Positions 48,326 to 59,729 of a stretch of DNA of 64,000 nt are shown in pieces. The stretch spans positions 1,574,026 to 1,638,025 of the forward strand of contig CAWAKD010000007.1 of the NCBI GenBank assembly GCA_963782545.1. Direction: 5' to 3'. The stretch is from an uncultured delta proteobacterium (GTDB taxonomy: Bacteria > Myxococcota_A > Polyangia > Fen-1088). Under the pieces are notes generated by a model that was not told where the DNA came from, ran no database searches, and saw nothing but the letters and a program-made list of their open reading frames with translations. The position numbers were made by a program, and so were the translations under genes. Each line of letters starts with the position of its first letter. Within the stretch, counting starts at the first letter, position 1.

Positions 48326-48883
48326 TCAACCCGGATAGCGCGGCAGGCGCGCGGGATCGATGTCGACCAGGCGAGGCAAGGCCCCGTCCTTGGCCGAGAG
48401 CTGCGGCTGCGCCACCGGCCAGGGGATGGCGAGCGCCGGATCGTTCCACGCCACGCCCACCTCGTCGGCTGCCGCGTAGAGTGCCGTGCATTTGTAGGCA
48501 AAAAGCGCGTTGTCGCTGGTCACGCAGAAGCCGTGGGCGAACCCTGGGGGAATCCAGAGCTGGCGATGGTCGGCGGCGGAAAGCAGCGCGCTGGTCCACT
48601 TGCCGAAATTCGGCGACCCCACGCGCACGTCGACCGCGACGTCGAAGACCTCGCCGGCCAGGACATAGACCAGTTTTCCCTGATCGTTTGGGTGCTGAAA
48701 ATGCAGGCCACGCAGAATGCCGTATGCCGACCGCGAGAGGTTGTCCTGCACGAATCCCAGCTCGATCCCGGCCGCGGCGTAACGGGCTTCGTGCCAAGTT
48801 TCGAGAAAGTAGCCACGCGCATCGCCGAACCGCTTGGGTTCGATCAGCAGGACTTCCGGAAGACTCATGCTGGTGATCTTCAC
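48326..48883 (-). CDS. rfbC: dTDP-4-dehydrorhamnose 3,5-epimerase
   Basis: '[10 protein letters not shown]', 'FVQDN.S.S', 'LRGLHFQ', 'QGKLV', 'DVAVD.R.GSP', 'GFAHGF'. Confidence 0.95.
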   Translation of the reverse strand: MKITSMSLPEVLLIEPKRFGDARGYFLETWHEARYAAAGIELGFVQDNLSRSAYGILRGLHFQHPNDQGKLVYVLAGEVFDVAVDVRVGSPNFGKWTSALLSAADHRQLWIPPGFAHGFCVTSDNALFAYKCTALYAAADEVGVAWNDPALAIPWPVAQPQLSAKDGALPRLVDIDPARLPRYPG

Positions 48884-49761
48884 TGCGGTCCTCGCTCTGC
48901 CAGTTGCAAGAGATACTGCCCGTAGCCGGTCTTGGCCAGGGGGCGCGCCAGTTCCCGCAAGCGAGTGGCGTCGATCCAGCCCTCGGCGAAGGCGATTTCC
49001 TCCGGACAGGACACCATCAGCCCCTGCCGCGCCTGGATGGTCTGGATGAATTGCGCCGCCTGCAACAGCGAATCGTGGGTGCCGGTGTCGAGCCAGGCCA
49101 CTCCGCGGCCCAGCTTCTCGAGGTAGAGCTGACCGCGCTCCAGATAGAGTCGATTGAGATCGGTAATTTCCAGCTCGCCGCGCGCGCTGGGCTTGAGCGA
49201 TTCGGCCAGACCCACCACCTGTGCGTCGTAGACATAGAGCCCGGTCACCGCGTAGTTGCTCTTGGGCTGGCTGGGCTTTTCCTCCAGGCCTATCACGCGC
49301 CCGGCGTCGTCCAGTTCGGCCACGCCGTAGGCCTCGGGGTTCTGCACGAAGTACCCGAAGACCGTGGCACCCTCCGTTCGCTGCGCGGCCCGCTTGATCA
49401 GGCCCGGCAAGCCATGCCCGTAGAAGATGTTGTCGCCCAGGACCAGCGCGCAGGGATCGCCGCCGATGAACGCGCGGCCTATCACGAAGGCCTGCGCCAG
49501 CCCTTCGGGCCTCGGCTGCACGGCGTACTGGATCGACAGCCCCCACTGCGTGCCGTCGGCCAGCAGTTTGCGAAACGGCCCCTGATCTTCCGGGGTGGTG
49601 ATGACGAGGACCTCGCGGATCCCGGCCAGCATCAGCACCGACAAGGGATAGTAGATCATCGGCTTGTCGTAGACCGGGACCAGCTGCTTGCTGAGCGCGC
49701 GGGTAATCGGGTGCAGCCGCGTGCCCGATCCGCCGGCGAGAATGATGCCCTTGCTGACCAT
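48880..49761 (-). CDS. rfbA: Glucose-1-phosphate thymidylyltransferase
   Basis: '[13 protein letters not shown]', '[14 protein letters not shown]', 'LGDNIF', 'EEKP', 'RGELEITD', 'WLDTGT'. Confidence 0.97.
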   Translation of the reverse strand: MVSKGIILAGGSGTRLHPITRALSKQLVPVYDKPMIYYPLSVLMLAGIREVLVITTPEDQGPFRKLLADGTQWGLSIQYAVQPRPEGLAQAFVIGRAFIGGDPCALVLGDNIFYGHGLPGLIKRAAQRTEGATVFGYFVQNPEAYGVAELDDAGRVIGLEEKPSQPKSNYAVTGLYVYDAQVVGLAESLKPSARGELEITDLNRLYLERGQLYLEKLGRGVAWLDTGTHDSLLQAAQFIQTIQARQGLMVSCPEEIAFAEGWIDATRLRELARPLAKTGYGQYLLQLAERGPQ

Positions 49762-49763
49762 GA

Positions 49764-50807
49764 TCACCTGCCTCCGTAGTTCTGCTCGATCCACCGCCGG
49801 TATTCCCCGGTGCGCACGCTCGCCACCCAGTCCTGGTGATCGAGATACCAGCGCACGGTCTTGCGTATTCCCGAGGCGAAGGTTTCCCGCGGCTTCCAGC
49901 CCAGCTCGCGCTCGATCTTGCCGGCATCGATGGCGTAGCGCAGGTCGTGGCCCGGCCGATCCTTGACGAAGGTGACCAGCCCGAGCAACTCGGCCTCGCT
50001 GGCGCCGGTTTCCTGCGCGACGATCGCACACAACTGTTTGACCACGTCGAGGTTGCGCTGCTCGCTGCGTCCGCCGATGTTGTAGGTTTCGCCCGGCTTT
50101 CCCCGCAGGACCACGGTCCAGATCGCCTCGCAATGATCCCCGACGAAGAGCCAGTCGCGCACGTTTTCCCCCTTCCCGTACACCGGCAAGGGCTTACGTT
50201 CGAGCAGGTTCTGGATCATGAGCGGGATGAGTTTTTCGGGAAATTGCAGCGGGCCGTAGTTGTTCGAACAGTTGGTAATCTTGACCGGGATGCGGAAGGT
50301 GCGCCCCCAGGCGCGTACCAGGTGGTCGCTGGCGGCCTTGGACGCCGAATAAGGACTCGATGGGTCGTATTTCGTCTCCTCGGTGAACAGCCCGTCCGCG
50401 CCGAGCGAACCGTAGACCTCGTCGGTGGAGACGTGATGAAACAGCCCCTGGCCCGGCTGCCAGGCCTCGCGACATGCTTCGAGCAAATTGAAGGTGCCCT
50501 CGATGTTGGTGCGCACGAAGGGCCGCGGCCCGGCGATGGATCGGTCGACGTGGCTCTCGGCCGCAAAATGGATCACCACCTCCGGCTGGTGTGTGGCGAA
50601 GGCCGCACGCACGGCCCCGAAGTCGACCAGGTCGGCGCGCAGGAAGATGTAGTTCGGACGGCCGTCGAGCCCAGACAGACTACGCGGGTTGGCGGCGTAG
50701 GTCAGGGCGTCCAGATTGACGAAGACGTGCTCGGGGTGGCGGGGAACCAGCAGGTTCAAGAAATTCGCGCCGATGAACCCGGCGCCCCCGGTGACGAGTA
50801 TTTTCAT
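49764..50807 (-). CDS. rfbB: dTDP-glucose 4,6-dehydratase
   Basis: 'GGAGFIG', '[12 protein letters not shown]', 'STDEVYG', 'YSASK', 'DRPGHD.RY'. Confidence 0.97.
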   Translation of the reverse strand: MKILVTGGAGFIGANFLNLLVPRHPEHVFVNLDALTYAANPRSLSGLDGRPNYIFLRADLVDFGAVRAAFATHQPEVVIHFAAESHVDRSIAGPRPFVRTNIEGTFNLLEACREAWQPGQGLFHHVSTDEVYGSLGADGLFTEETKYDPSSPYSASKAASDHLVRAWGRTFRIPVKITNCSNNYGPLQFPEKLIPLMIQNLLERKPLPVYGKGENVRDWLFVGDHCEAIWTVVLRGKPGETYNIGGRSEQRNLDVVKQLCAIVAQETGASEAELLGLVTFVKDRPGHDLRYAIDAGKIERELGWKPRETFASGIRKTVRWYLDHQDWVASVRTGEYRRWIEQNYGGR

Positions 50808-50980
50808 GGTCTTCAGGGAAAACCATACCCTAATCCGAGCGATTTTCCCCGCGCACGATGTGTTCTTCGTGGTTCGCCGGACTTGAGAAAGTGGAGATAC
50901 GGGAGAGAGGCGCTCGGCTTTGGAAGGGTGAAAACGTGTGGGAATTGCTCGGCTTTCAATCCGTTCGGTGTTCTAGCTAG

Positions 50981-52832
50981 AGCGCGTCGGGAAATTCGGT
51001 GAGCAGATCGCGATGTCGGGCCGCCCCGCACTGCTGGCGGGCCAACTTCCCGATTTTGCCCGTAGGGGGACCGTGGTCCCCACGTTTCGCTCATACCGCC
51101 AGGGCAATCCCCTTCTTTCCGGCAACGCCCCGAAACAGCTTGGTGAGGTTCAGCCCAAGCACAGCTCGTTGGCCGCACACGCCCATCATTGCGGCTGAGC
51201 GTGCCGACGGCCGGTTGAATCCGTATTTGGGGCACTTGATGGTGCCAATCGACCCTTCGACCATCGCCCGCTCTCTGATGAGGCGGTCTTTCACTTTGCC
51301 CTCGACTTCCCACGGCGTGCGGCCTCGGGGCGCCAATCCAATATCGCGAACGCCAAGCTTGCGAAGTCGCTTCACGTTCTCTGTGCTGTACCCACCCCGG
51401 TCGTAGGCGTAGGCACGCGGTGCCTTCCCGAACATCCCCGCGAGATCTTCGACTGCGCGCACTGCGTAGCTGGAATCCGTGAACTCGGTTTTCGTCCCGG
51501 CCATGGTCGCAAGCACGAAGCCGCCGCGCAGTCGTGTGATTCCCCACGACAGACCGAACTCGACCGACTTGCCCACTTTGCCGCGCACGATCGAGTAGAC
51601 CTGGGGAATGTGCAGGTTGATGATCTTGCCGGCCGCCACAAATCCGGTACGCAGCCAGTGTCGGATCTGCGGAATCAACTTGCCCATCGTGGCGTGTAGT
51701 TCGACGAGCTTGCGCTGTGCGACCACGGCATGACCGCGAAGCTTGCGGCCATGTGCCGAGGCCGCCGCGATCGCCTTGCCCAGGTTCTGATTGATTCCTT
51801 CGATGATCTTGGTCATCTGCGCGACCATCCGATCCTTGGCAGCCTTGGTCTTGCCTTTGGCAAACAGGCGATACTTGCGCACGTGCTCCTTGGCTGCTCG
51901 AAGCTTGCCATGCACCTGCCTAGAAAACTCTGAAATCCCTGTCCCGCTCTCTTCGCCGCTGCTGCGATGGATTTCACGAAGCCGCCGAGCAATCCCATCT
52001 CGTTGGGATGTGGAATCGCCGCTTCCTGTGCCGTCAGGTCGGCCACTGCAACCTTGGGGTCGGCAAGCCCCAGCGCTACCGCCTGTTTTACCACTGCCTC
52101 GTTGATCAGCCTCAATCCGTCTTCGCCCAGAAGCTGCGCAAAATCCTGGATCGTCGTGAAGTCCGGCGTCCAGTCCGTCTCGGTCAATCCGCATAGATAT
52201 CGCGCCGGCGCGTAGTACCGGATTTGCTCCTCTGCCTCGCGGTAGGGCATTTTGCGAATCGCCATCAGCGTCAGCGCTCCGAGCGTCGCGCGCAAGTTCG
52301 GCGGTCGCCCCGCCGCGTTCTTGAGCTTCTTGGTGCGGACCTTCTCGGCCTGCAATTCCATCTCGGTCCAATCCACCGTGTCGGTCAGAACCACCATCGG
52401 ATGATTGTCGGGCAACGCAATCGCAGGGTGTTTCGAACGAGGAAATAGGTCGGGCTGGCTGTTGCCGCCTCGGCGTCGTGCTGACATTGCAGACCTCCTT
52501 GGTCACGCTTTCCATCAGCCACATTTCGTCGCCGTTGTCGATCCCCCACGACGAGAAAATGCACGAAATGCGACTATGTGTTGGGGAGGGTCAGCGCAGA
52601 TCGGCCAGCGTGACCGGTCGCGGTAGCGTGAGCGCCCAGCGTCTCGCGGCTCGCGTGGGCGGCTTGCATGAGCGTGCGCGTTCCCCGGCCCGCGGAGCGC
52701 TCACGCCCTCGCCACGCGCTTTCCGCCTCCCGCGTCCCGCCCACGAACACGCTCACGCCCTCGCCCACGCGGCCCGCGAGCCGCCCACCCGCGGGCCGGC
52801 CCTTCGGGCGGCCCGTAATTTTCCGACAAGCT
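50981..52832 (-). mobile_element. IS5-family insertion sequence (~1.85 kb)
   Basis: Imperfect TIRs AGCGCGTCGGGAAATT / AATTTTCCGACAAGCT match at 13/16. CTAGCTAG lies on both flanks (50973-50980, 52833-52840). Confidence 0.9.
51091..52487 (-). CDS. IS5-family DDE transposase, split by a frameshift at ~51918
   Basis: N-part 'NHP...L...VDW...GRPP' (DUF772-like). C-part 'KIINLH.P....IVRGKVGK.VEFG', 'YDRG', 'RAMVEGSIG..K'. Confidence 0.88.
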
Positions 52833-52836
52833 CTAG

Positions 52837-54198
52837 CTAGGGCTCGTCGCCGTCCTTCTTTGCCTCGCGCGAGGCCAGCCGTTGAAGTGTCCGGCGATCG
52901 ATGCCCAGGATGCCGGCGGCGGCGGTCTTGTTCTGACCCGTGTGATCGAGAACCCGGTCGATGTAGCGGCGCTGGAGCTCATCGAGCGTGGGCCAGTCGC
53001 CGTCGATCGAAGTCTGGTCGCTGGCCCTGGCGTTCGAGGCGAGCGGGGGAAGGTCGCCGGGCAAGATCACGCCACGCTGGGACATGGCCACCGCGCGCGC
53101 GAGCGCATTGTCCAGCTCCCGGACGTTGCCAGGCCACGCGTAGCCTCGGATGAGATACATGGCCTCTTCGCTGATGTGTGGCTCGGCACGCCCGAGAAGC
53201 GCGGCATGGCGGCTGGCGAGGTGCAGAGTCAAGGAGATGATGTCGTCGCCGCGCTCGCGCAGCGGCGGCACGCGCAACGATACGACATTCAGGCGGTACG
53301 CCAGATCCTTGCGCAGCCGTCCCGCGGCCACCTCAAGCGCGAGATCGCGGTTGGTCGCGGAGATCACCCGGACGTTGACCGCGATCGTGGTCGAGCTCCC
53401 GACGCGCCGGACCTCGCCCTCCTGGAGCACGCGCAGAAGTTCCCCCTGCATCTTGGCGGGAACGTCGCCGATCTCATCCAGGAAGATGGTGCCGCCCTCC
53501 GCGGCTTCGAACAGACCCTTGTGGGGCGCGCTGGCGCCCGTGAAAGCGCCCCGCTCGTGGCCAAACAGCTCGCTTTCGAGCAAACCTTCCGCCAGGGCCG
53601 CGCAACTGAACCCGACGAAGGGCTGGCCGGCCCGGCGGCTGCGCTCATGGATGGTGCGTGCGACCAGCTCCTTGCCCGCCCCGCTCTCGCCCGCGATCAG
53701 GACCGTGGCGTCGGTGGGCGCGACGCGCGCGATCTCCTTGTAGAGCTCGAGCATGGGAGGACAGGTCCCGACCAGCACCTTGCGCCCCGCCATCGCGGAA
53801 CGAAGGGAGCGGTTCTCCATCGCCAACCGTCGCCGCACCAAAGCACGCGCGACGGTGGCGCGAAGCGCCACGATGTCCACGGGCTTGGCGAGGTAGTCGG
53901 CGGCACCGCTGCCGATGGCGTCCATCGCGGCACCCGGCTCGGCATAGGCCGTGATCAAGACCACGGGCGTGTCTGGGAACTCCTTGGTCACCGCCTTCAG
54001 AACTTCCAGGCCGCTGGCCCGGGTCATCTGGACGTCGCTGAGCACGAGATCGAACACGCCCGATTGCAGCTGGTCCAATGCCTCGCGGCCGTCGGCCACG
54101 GTCACCACCTCATAGCCCTCGCCTCGCAGCACCGTGCCCAGAAGCTCGAGCGTCAGGTCATCGTCTTCGGCGACCAAAATCCTGGCGGGCGCAACCAC
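52837..54198 (-). CDS. Sigma54-dependent NtrC/AtoC-family response regulator (REC-AAA-HTH)
   Basis: 'ILVAEDD', 'DVQM', 'GESGAGKELVAR', 'ESELFGH..GAFTGA', 'FLDEIGD', 'WPGNVREL', 'NKTAAAGILGI.R.TL'. Confidence 0.95.
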   Translation of the reverse strand: MVAPARILVAEDDDLTLELLGTVLRGEGYEVVTVADGREALDQLQSGVFDLVLSDVQMTRASGLEVLKAVTKEFPDTPVVLITAYAEPGAAMDAIGSGAADYLAKPVDIVALRATVARALVRRRLAMENRSLRSAMAGRKVLVGTCPPMLELYKEIARVAPTDATVLIAGESGAGKELVARTIHERSRRAGQPFVGFSCAALAEGLLESELFGHERGAFTGASAPHKGLFEAAEGGTIFLDEIGDVPAKMQGELLRVLQEGEVRRVGSSTTIAVNVRVISATNRDLALEVAAGRLRKDLAYRLNVVSLRVPPLRERGDDIISLTLHLASRHAALLGRAEPHISEEAMYLIRGYAWPGNVRELDNALARAVAMSQRGVILPGDLPPLASNARASDQTSIDGDWPTLDELQRRYIDRVLDHTGQNKTAAAGILGIDRRTLQRLASREAKKDGDEP

Positions 54199-54257
54199 GC
54201 CGGAGAGATTATCATGGGGACCGAGCGACGCCGATAGGACTTCGATGGAGGACCTCG

Positions 54258-55529
54258 TTGAGTAGCCGGAAGCCGAGCACCGAAACACTCTCGGGCTGGC
54301 CCGTCATCGTCGCTCTCGGGCTGGTGACGCCGCTGATCGTCGGGATGATCGTGCTCGACGTGTATTTCGCACAGCAGGAGGCGTACAAGACCACCGATAT
54401 CATCGAGAACGCACAACAGTCGATCCTTCTGCTCAATGACATCCGGCTCGACGCCAAGCGCCTGGCCATCGCCACCGACCCCCGCGAGACCGAGAAGTGG
54501 GCGCGCGACATCGCGGCCGATGCCCTGCACTACGACCCCATCGCGACCTACAGGGGAGAGCGGGACGAGTGGAATCACCTTCGGCGTCTGATCCGGCAAC
54601 TGCCCGTCGCCCCCAACAGCGACCCGCGCGTCGCGCTCGCCCTCGAAGCGGAAATCGACAAGTCCTTCAACGATCTGGTCGCGATCAACACCGCCGCGGG
54701 ACAGGGCAACGTGGCCGCCATCCGGGCCGCGCACAGGCAGGCCATCTGGAGCGACGTGGTGGTGGGCGGGATCGTGCTCGCGACCATGGCGATCATCTCC
54801 GGCTGGCTCTTGCGCGTGCTCTCGCGCCAGCGCCGGCTGATCCTCGAACGCGTGCAGATGCTCAACCAGCAGAACCTCGAGCTGGAGGCCTTTGCCGGGC
54901 GCGCGGCCCACGACCTGCGCAGCCCCATGAATCCGATTCGCGGATACGCGGATCTCATCCTCGAATCCTCCGCGCTGCCGGAAAACGTCGCCGCCATGGC
55001 GCAGCGAATTCGCCGAGCCGTGGATCGCATGGCGCATGTCGTGGACGACATGCTCGCGCTATCGACCTCGGGACGTCCGCCGGAGGGACGTTCGTCGAGC
55101 ACGGTGGTCATCGCGCGCGTCATCGAGGAGATGGGCGCGGAGCTGCAAGGGGTCGATCTGGTCACCAAGTTGGAAGCGGGTCAGGTCGCCTGCGCAGAAG
55201 GGGTCCTGTCCCAGATCCTGCGAAACCTCATCGGCAACGCCATCAAGTTCCATGCGCAGGCCCGACCTTTGCGCATTGCCATCGAATCCCGCGATGTCGG
55301 TCGGATGGCCGAAATTGCCGTCGAAGACAACGGAATCGGGATGGATCCCGAGAGCGCGAAACACGCCTTCGAGCCGTTTTATCGAGGCCTCACGGACCGC
55401 GAAGTTCCAGGTCACGGCCTGGGCCTCGCCATCGTGGAGCGAACGACGCGAGCCCTGGGCGGAACTTGCGAGCTTTCCTCCGTCCCGGATCGCAGTACCC
55501 GCATCGCCCTCCGGCTTCCTCGCGTGTGA
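54258..55529 (+). CDS. Membrane sensor histidine kinase (2 TM, periplasmic four-helix sensor)
   Basis: RBS GGAGGA then TTG 54258. 'AAHDLRSPM', 'NLIGNAIKF', 'DNGIG', 'FEPF', 'GHGLGL'. Confidence 0.92.
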   Translation: MSSRKPSTETLSGWPVIVALGLVTPLIVGMIVLDVYFAQQEAYKTTDIIENAQQSILLLNDIRLDAKRLAIATDPRETEKWARDIAADALHYDPIATYRGERDEWNHLRRLIRQLPVAPNSDPRVALALEAEIDKSFNDLVAINTAAGQGNVAAIRAAHRQAIWSDVVVGGIVLATMAIISGWLLRVLSRQRRLILERVQMLNQQNLELEAFAGRAAHDLRSPMNPIRGYADLILESSALPENVAAMAQRIRRAVDRMAHVVDDMLALSTSGRPPEGRSSSTVVIARVIEEMGAELQGVDLVTKLEAGQVACAEGVLSQILRNLIGNAIKFHAQARPLRIAIESRDVGRMAEIAVEDNGIGMDPESAKHAFEPFYRGLTDREVPGHGLGLAIVERTTRALGGTCELSSVPDRSTRIALRLPRV

Positions 55530-55548
55530 TCCCCGCGGGCAGCGAGGA

Positions 55549-55986
55549 TTAGGAAGCGTTTGTCATCAAATCCTTCACGGCCGCGCGCAGGGCGGACACC
55601 TCGATGGGTTTTCGCAGGAACCGGGCGTTGCCAAGGCGTTCTACCTGAGCGGCGAGATCCGGCCGCGATAGCCCGCTGACGACCAGAACCGGTGCGCGGA
55701 TCTCGGACGCGCGCGCCGACCTGATCACCGCGAGCCCTTCCATCCACGGCATGTCGATGTCGGTCACGATCAGATCGAATGGTCCGTGATCGGCCAGCAA
55801 CACCGCCAATTCCGCGCCGCTCGTCGCCCTGCGTATTTCGGTCGCCGGGCCGCGCATGATGTCGCTGAGTAGATCCAGCGCTTCCGGATCGTCGTCGGCG
55901 ATGACGATCCTGATTGCCGTCAATTTCTCCCGCGGCGGCCGCGGTGGGTCGGGGCTTGTGAGATCAAGGACAGCTGGCTGGTCCAT
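55549..55986 (-). CDS. Single-domain response regulator (receiver)
   Basis: 'IVIADDD', 'DLIVTDIDMP.MEG', 'VSG', 'FLRKP'. Confidence 0.88.
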   Translation of the reverse strand: MDQPAVLDLTSPDPPRPPREKLTAIRIVIADDDPEALDLLSDIMRGPATEIRRATSGAELAVLLADHGPFDLIVTDIDMPWMEGLAVIRSARASEIRAPVLVVSGLSRPDLAAQVERLGNARFLRKPIEVSALRAAVKDLMTNAS

Positions 55987-56046
55987 CGATTCCGTTCCTT
56001 TCGAGTTGCATGTCAAGCTTCCCTTCGAGGTCCACACCGTCAAACG

Positions 56047-56063
56047 TGCATTCCAGGTGCCAG
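56047..56063 (-). promoter_or_regulatory. Sigma54 (-24/-12) promoter for the receiver gene
   Basis: Minus-strand CTGGCACCTGGAATGCA gives GG-N10-GC, ~60 bp upstream of ATG 55986. Confidence 0.75.
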
Positions 56064-56147
56064 CGCCCCCGGCCGCGCCGGTACGGCTAGATTGGCTGTT
56101 TCCATCGTGGACTACGCCAGTCGAGCGACGCGCTGACCGGGACGGCT

Positions 56148-56184
56148 TGGACAACTTGTCACACCCCGCGCGGTGCTTTGTCGC
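56148..56184 (-). promoter_or_regulatory. Tandem candidate enhancer (UAS) sites for a bacterial enhancer-binding protein
   Basis: Two related 15-mers, GCGACAAAGCACCGC and GTGACAAGTTGTCCA, 22 bp apart and ~90-120 bp upstream of the -24 box. Confidence 0.5.
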
Positions 56185-56216
56185 GCTTCTGGCATTTGCG
56201 CGTCCGTGCCGACGGC

Positions 56217-59200
56217 TCAAGGTCGTAGCGGCCAAGTGGCTGCCGACAGCCGCTCCTTGCCGAGATCCAGCATGCGCGCACGCATTTCCGCCATGCCCAG
56301 ACGCCTGCTCGGCTCGCGCACAAGACCCGCCGCCAGGAGCTTCGCCAGGGGCTCGTGCCGGTCGTGCTTGCGCATCCATTCGAGCCCCGGCGGGTTGCCG
56401 TCGTGACTTAAGTGCATGGCGAAAATCGCGGGCAGGGTGTCGCCCGCGAACAGGGGTTTACCCGTGAGCAGTTCGAAGGCCAGGCACGAGAAGGCGTAGA
56501 CATCGGTCGCGCGCGGGTCGATCCGGTCGCCGAAGGACGATGTGTCCCACACCTCGGGCGCCCCGTAGTAGGGACTGCCACAGCCGGGCCGCACCTTGCG
56601 CCCGGCCAGCCCAAAGTCCACCAGCACCGGCGCCTGCTGCACGTCGGTGCGCGGCCGCCGCGGCGCCGCGGCATCGCGCCGGGTGCGCAGGATGACGTTG
56701 GCCGGCTTGACGTCGAGGTGGGCCAGGCCGACGTCATGCATGGCTTGCAAGCCCGCCGCCATGCCGTCCAGCACGTCCAGCGCTTGCCGAATGCTGAGCG
56801 CACGACAATCCACGAGCCCCTCCAGCGTGTTGCCCTCTACCAGCTCCATGACCAGGATGGGTTTGGGCCGCGCCCCAGCGTCGAAGGTGACGAAGCCCGC
56901 GATGTTGGGATGCCGGGGCAAGGTCAGAAGCGCGCCTGCTTCCTCGCGGAAGAGCTGCATGAACTCGTCTTCCGAGAGCGTGTGAGCGGCGGCGCCGGTG
57001 TAAGCAGGCACCTTGAGGGCGAAGATTTCGGCGCCTTCTTCGTGACGCTCCTCGGAGCGGCGAGCGACGAAGACCGACCCGCCGGCGCCCGTACCGATGG
57101 GCCGTACGATGAAGTAACCACCGACGATCCGGCTGGGCGGCAACCAGGCTGGCAGGTGCAATTGGCGCTTCTGCCTGGTGACGTGCGTGACCTCGCTGGC
57201 CGGGCGTGGCTCGCGTTTCAAGCGCCCCACCCCCATGAGCACGCGCGCGACGACCTCGGCGATAAGTGGCGGCAGATCCTGGCGCACGGCTTCGGCCGCG
57301 GCGGCCGCGGCGGCTCCCACGCCCTCGTCGCGTTCGAGCAAGGCGCGCTCGATCCACGCCTCGAGCCGGCGCAGGGCGCGGGTGGACGAGGAGGGAAAGT
57401 AGTTGTCGCGAAGGCCCGTCCGGCGCATGGCGCCCCCGCACAGGCGGGCGGCGTAGGTGATCGCGCCGGCCAGGCGATCGAGAGCGGCGCGGTTCTCGCC
57501 TCGGCGCAGTTCGGTGAGCGACGCGGCCTCGTTCAGGGTTTCGAGCACGCGCGTGATGCCCAGGACTGCCCGTCGCAATCCCTCGACCCGCGGCGAGCTG
57601 CCAGGGGGGAGCGCCTCGGCCACCTCGCGCAGGTGCTCGACCAGGCCTTGCTCGTCGACCTTGCCACTGCGTTCGGCGAGCGCGCGCGGAACCTGGGCCG
57701 CGGAGGCGAGGACTTCCTTGAACTCGGGCACCATGGAGGCCTCGGCCAGGGCGCCCAGATCGGCAGCGCTGCTCAGGCTCCACACAATGGCCACGAAGAC
57801 ATCGGACAGCTCGGCCACCTGTTCGCGCGCCAGGGCGTCCGCCGCGCGCGCCAGCGTGGCGCACAGAAGCCGGCGCAGGGGCGAAGGCGCGTCCGCCTGG
57901 GCGCGCTGGGCGAGGAGCTTGAAAACGTGCAGGCGTCGGCTCCGCGACTCCGGCGTGGGCTCCGCGGTGTCGGCGATGTCCGAATCCACCAAGTGCAGTA
58001 GCGTCCTCAATTGGCGGAAACGCAGGGTGAGGTGCGGGACGGCCTCGCTGGTCACCGGCTGGTGTTCGCGCACCAGCAACCAACTACCGAGGCGCCACAA
58101 GATCCCGGTCAAGGGACTCGGCCCGTGCCGACTGCGCTCGCGGATCGTGAGCAGGTCGGAAAGAGCCGAGGTCACAAGCAAGCCGGCATCCAGCTCGCGC
58201 AGGGAGCGAAACGTCACCCTGCGTTCCGCGGCGGTCTCGTCCGCGGTGCTCTCGAGTACGTCCATGGCGACGCCGGCGACCTGCAAGGCCTCGGCGGTCG
58301 CCGGCCCCAGGTCGCGGCCCTCGGCGAAGGCCTGCAAGGCGTCGCCTAGGTGCAAGCGCAGGCAGCCTTTCGCCCGCTGCGCGCCCATGTCGAGATCGTC
58401 GATGAGGGCTTGGATCAGGGATACGGTGCCGTCGTCGGCCGAGGACTGATCGGCCCGCAGGCGGTCGATGGCCATGAACGCCGCTTGTGCGCCGATGGGG
58501 TGTCCGGCGAGCTCCTCGCGCAAGTCGGCCAGGGCCTCGATGGCCTCGATCCCACCGCTGGGCACGAGCTTGGCCAGGAGCTCGTCGGCGGCCTCGGGCT
58601 CTTGCTCGGCCACGCGGGACAGGCCGAAGATCATCGCCGAGGCGATACCGCTGTCGCGACTTTGCAGCTCGCTCCGCAAGAGCTTGAGGCAGGCGGGCAA
58701 CGCCGCGCCCGGGTCGTGCACGACCGTCGTGGCGAGCGACGTGGCGGCGCGACGCCATTCGCTGGGGCCGAGACGCGGGGACAGAATCGCGTTCGATTTC
58801 CGACGACCGCATGGGTGACGCGACGGCGAGCAACCCGCGCGCAACCGCCACGTGTCGCCACACCAGCGACTCGCGGTCGGTGATGAGCCGCGCCCAGGCG
58901 GTGCGCACCGACGCCCGCTCGAAGACTCGAACCCCGCTGTCGTCGCCTTCCTTGGCCCTGCGCGCCGCCTCGCGCGCCGCCCGTTCCAGCAGACGCGCGG
59001 CCAGCCTGCGCGCCGGCAGGGCGCCGGTGGAATACCCCGTGAGCCACCCACGCTCCAGCTCGGGCCTGGATACCAGGGCGAGCGCCAAGCCGTCCACATG
59101 CGCGCCGGTCGACAAGGGTAGGCGGAGCGAAAGCGCGACCCGGGCGCGGACCTGCGCGCCACCGAGCGCGCGCGGCGAGGACAGCGCCAAGGCCGTGGCC

Positions 59201-59550
59201 AGAGTGACGAAGGTAGCGGCGTCGCCCTCGTGCAGGGCCACCAGCACGCGCCGGCCGAACTCGCGCTTTTCCGGGCCTTGCGGCAAAGCGCCGGCCAATT
59301 CGAACAGCGCCGCCGCAGCCACTGGCCTCGACAGGAACGACAGGTCGTCGACCAGACCGGAGCCGAGGGCCGATCGAACGCTGGCCAGCAGCTGGTCGGT
59401 GGCCATGCCTTCAAGGGGCGTGGGCTGCTGATCCGCTGCCGCGGCCGCCAGGCTGGCCATGCCCTGGCGCCACAGCGACCGGCGATCGTCGAGGCTCTCG
59501 CGCGTGTGAATCTGCGCGAGTCCCGCGAGGTAGTCGTCACCGCCGTGCAT
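56217..59550 (-). CDS. Large Ser/Thr kinase: ~800-aa helical N-terminal region and a C-terminal kinase domain; frameshift at ~58785
   Basis: The N-part (ORF 58084-59730 from M at 59550) joins ORF 56217-59675 at 'EIERD/LSPRLGP'. Kinase motifs 'GTGAGGSVF', 'ALKVP', 'HLDVKPAN', 'DFGLAG', 'YGAPE', 'DVYAF'. Confidence 0.85.
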
Positions 59551-59729
59551 GCTGGTTCCTTGGCGCCCTCCGCCCGGCCGTGACGTCCGAGCGGCCGGGC
59601 CATGCTCTTGCGGAAATCGTACCACCCTGGGAGAAATCCGCGAGAGCGTGCTTCCAGCGACGCATAGGCGAGCACAAGCTCGGGTGCCGGAATATACTGC
59701 CACCTCGAACTGGAGCGAACTCGAAAGCA

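Noticed and set aside
5216-59550. Programmed frameshifting or phase variation at ~11459, 28826, 36437, 45797/45650, 47890, 51918 and 58785
   Set aside because: Lesions are scattered across unrelated genes, including housekeeping ones, with no shared slippery motif. Uncorrected long-read indels explain this better.
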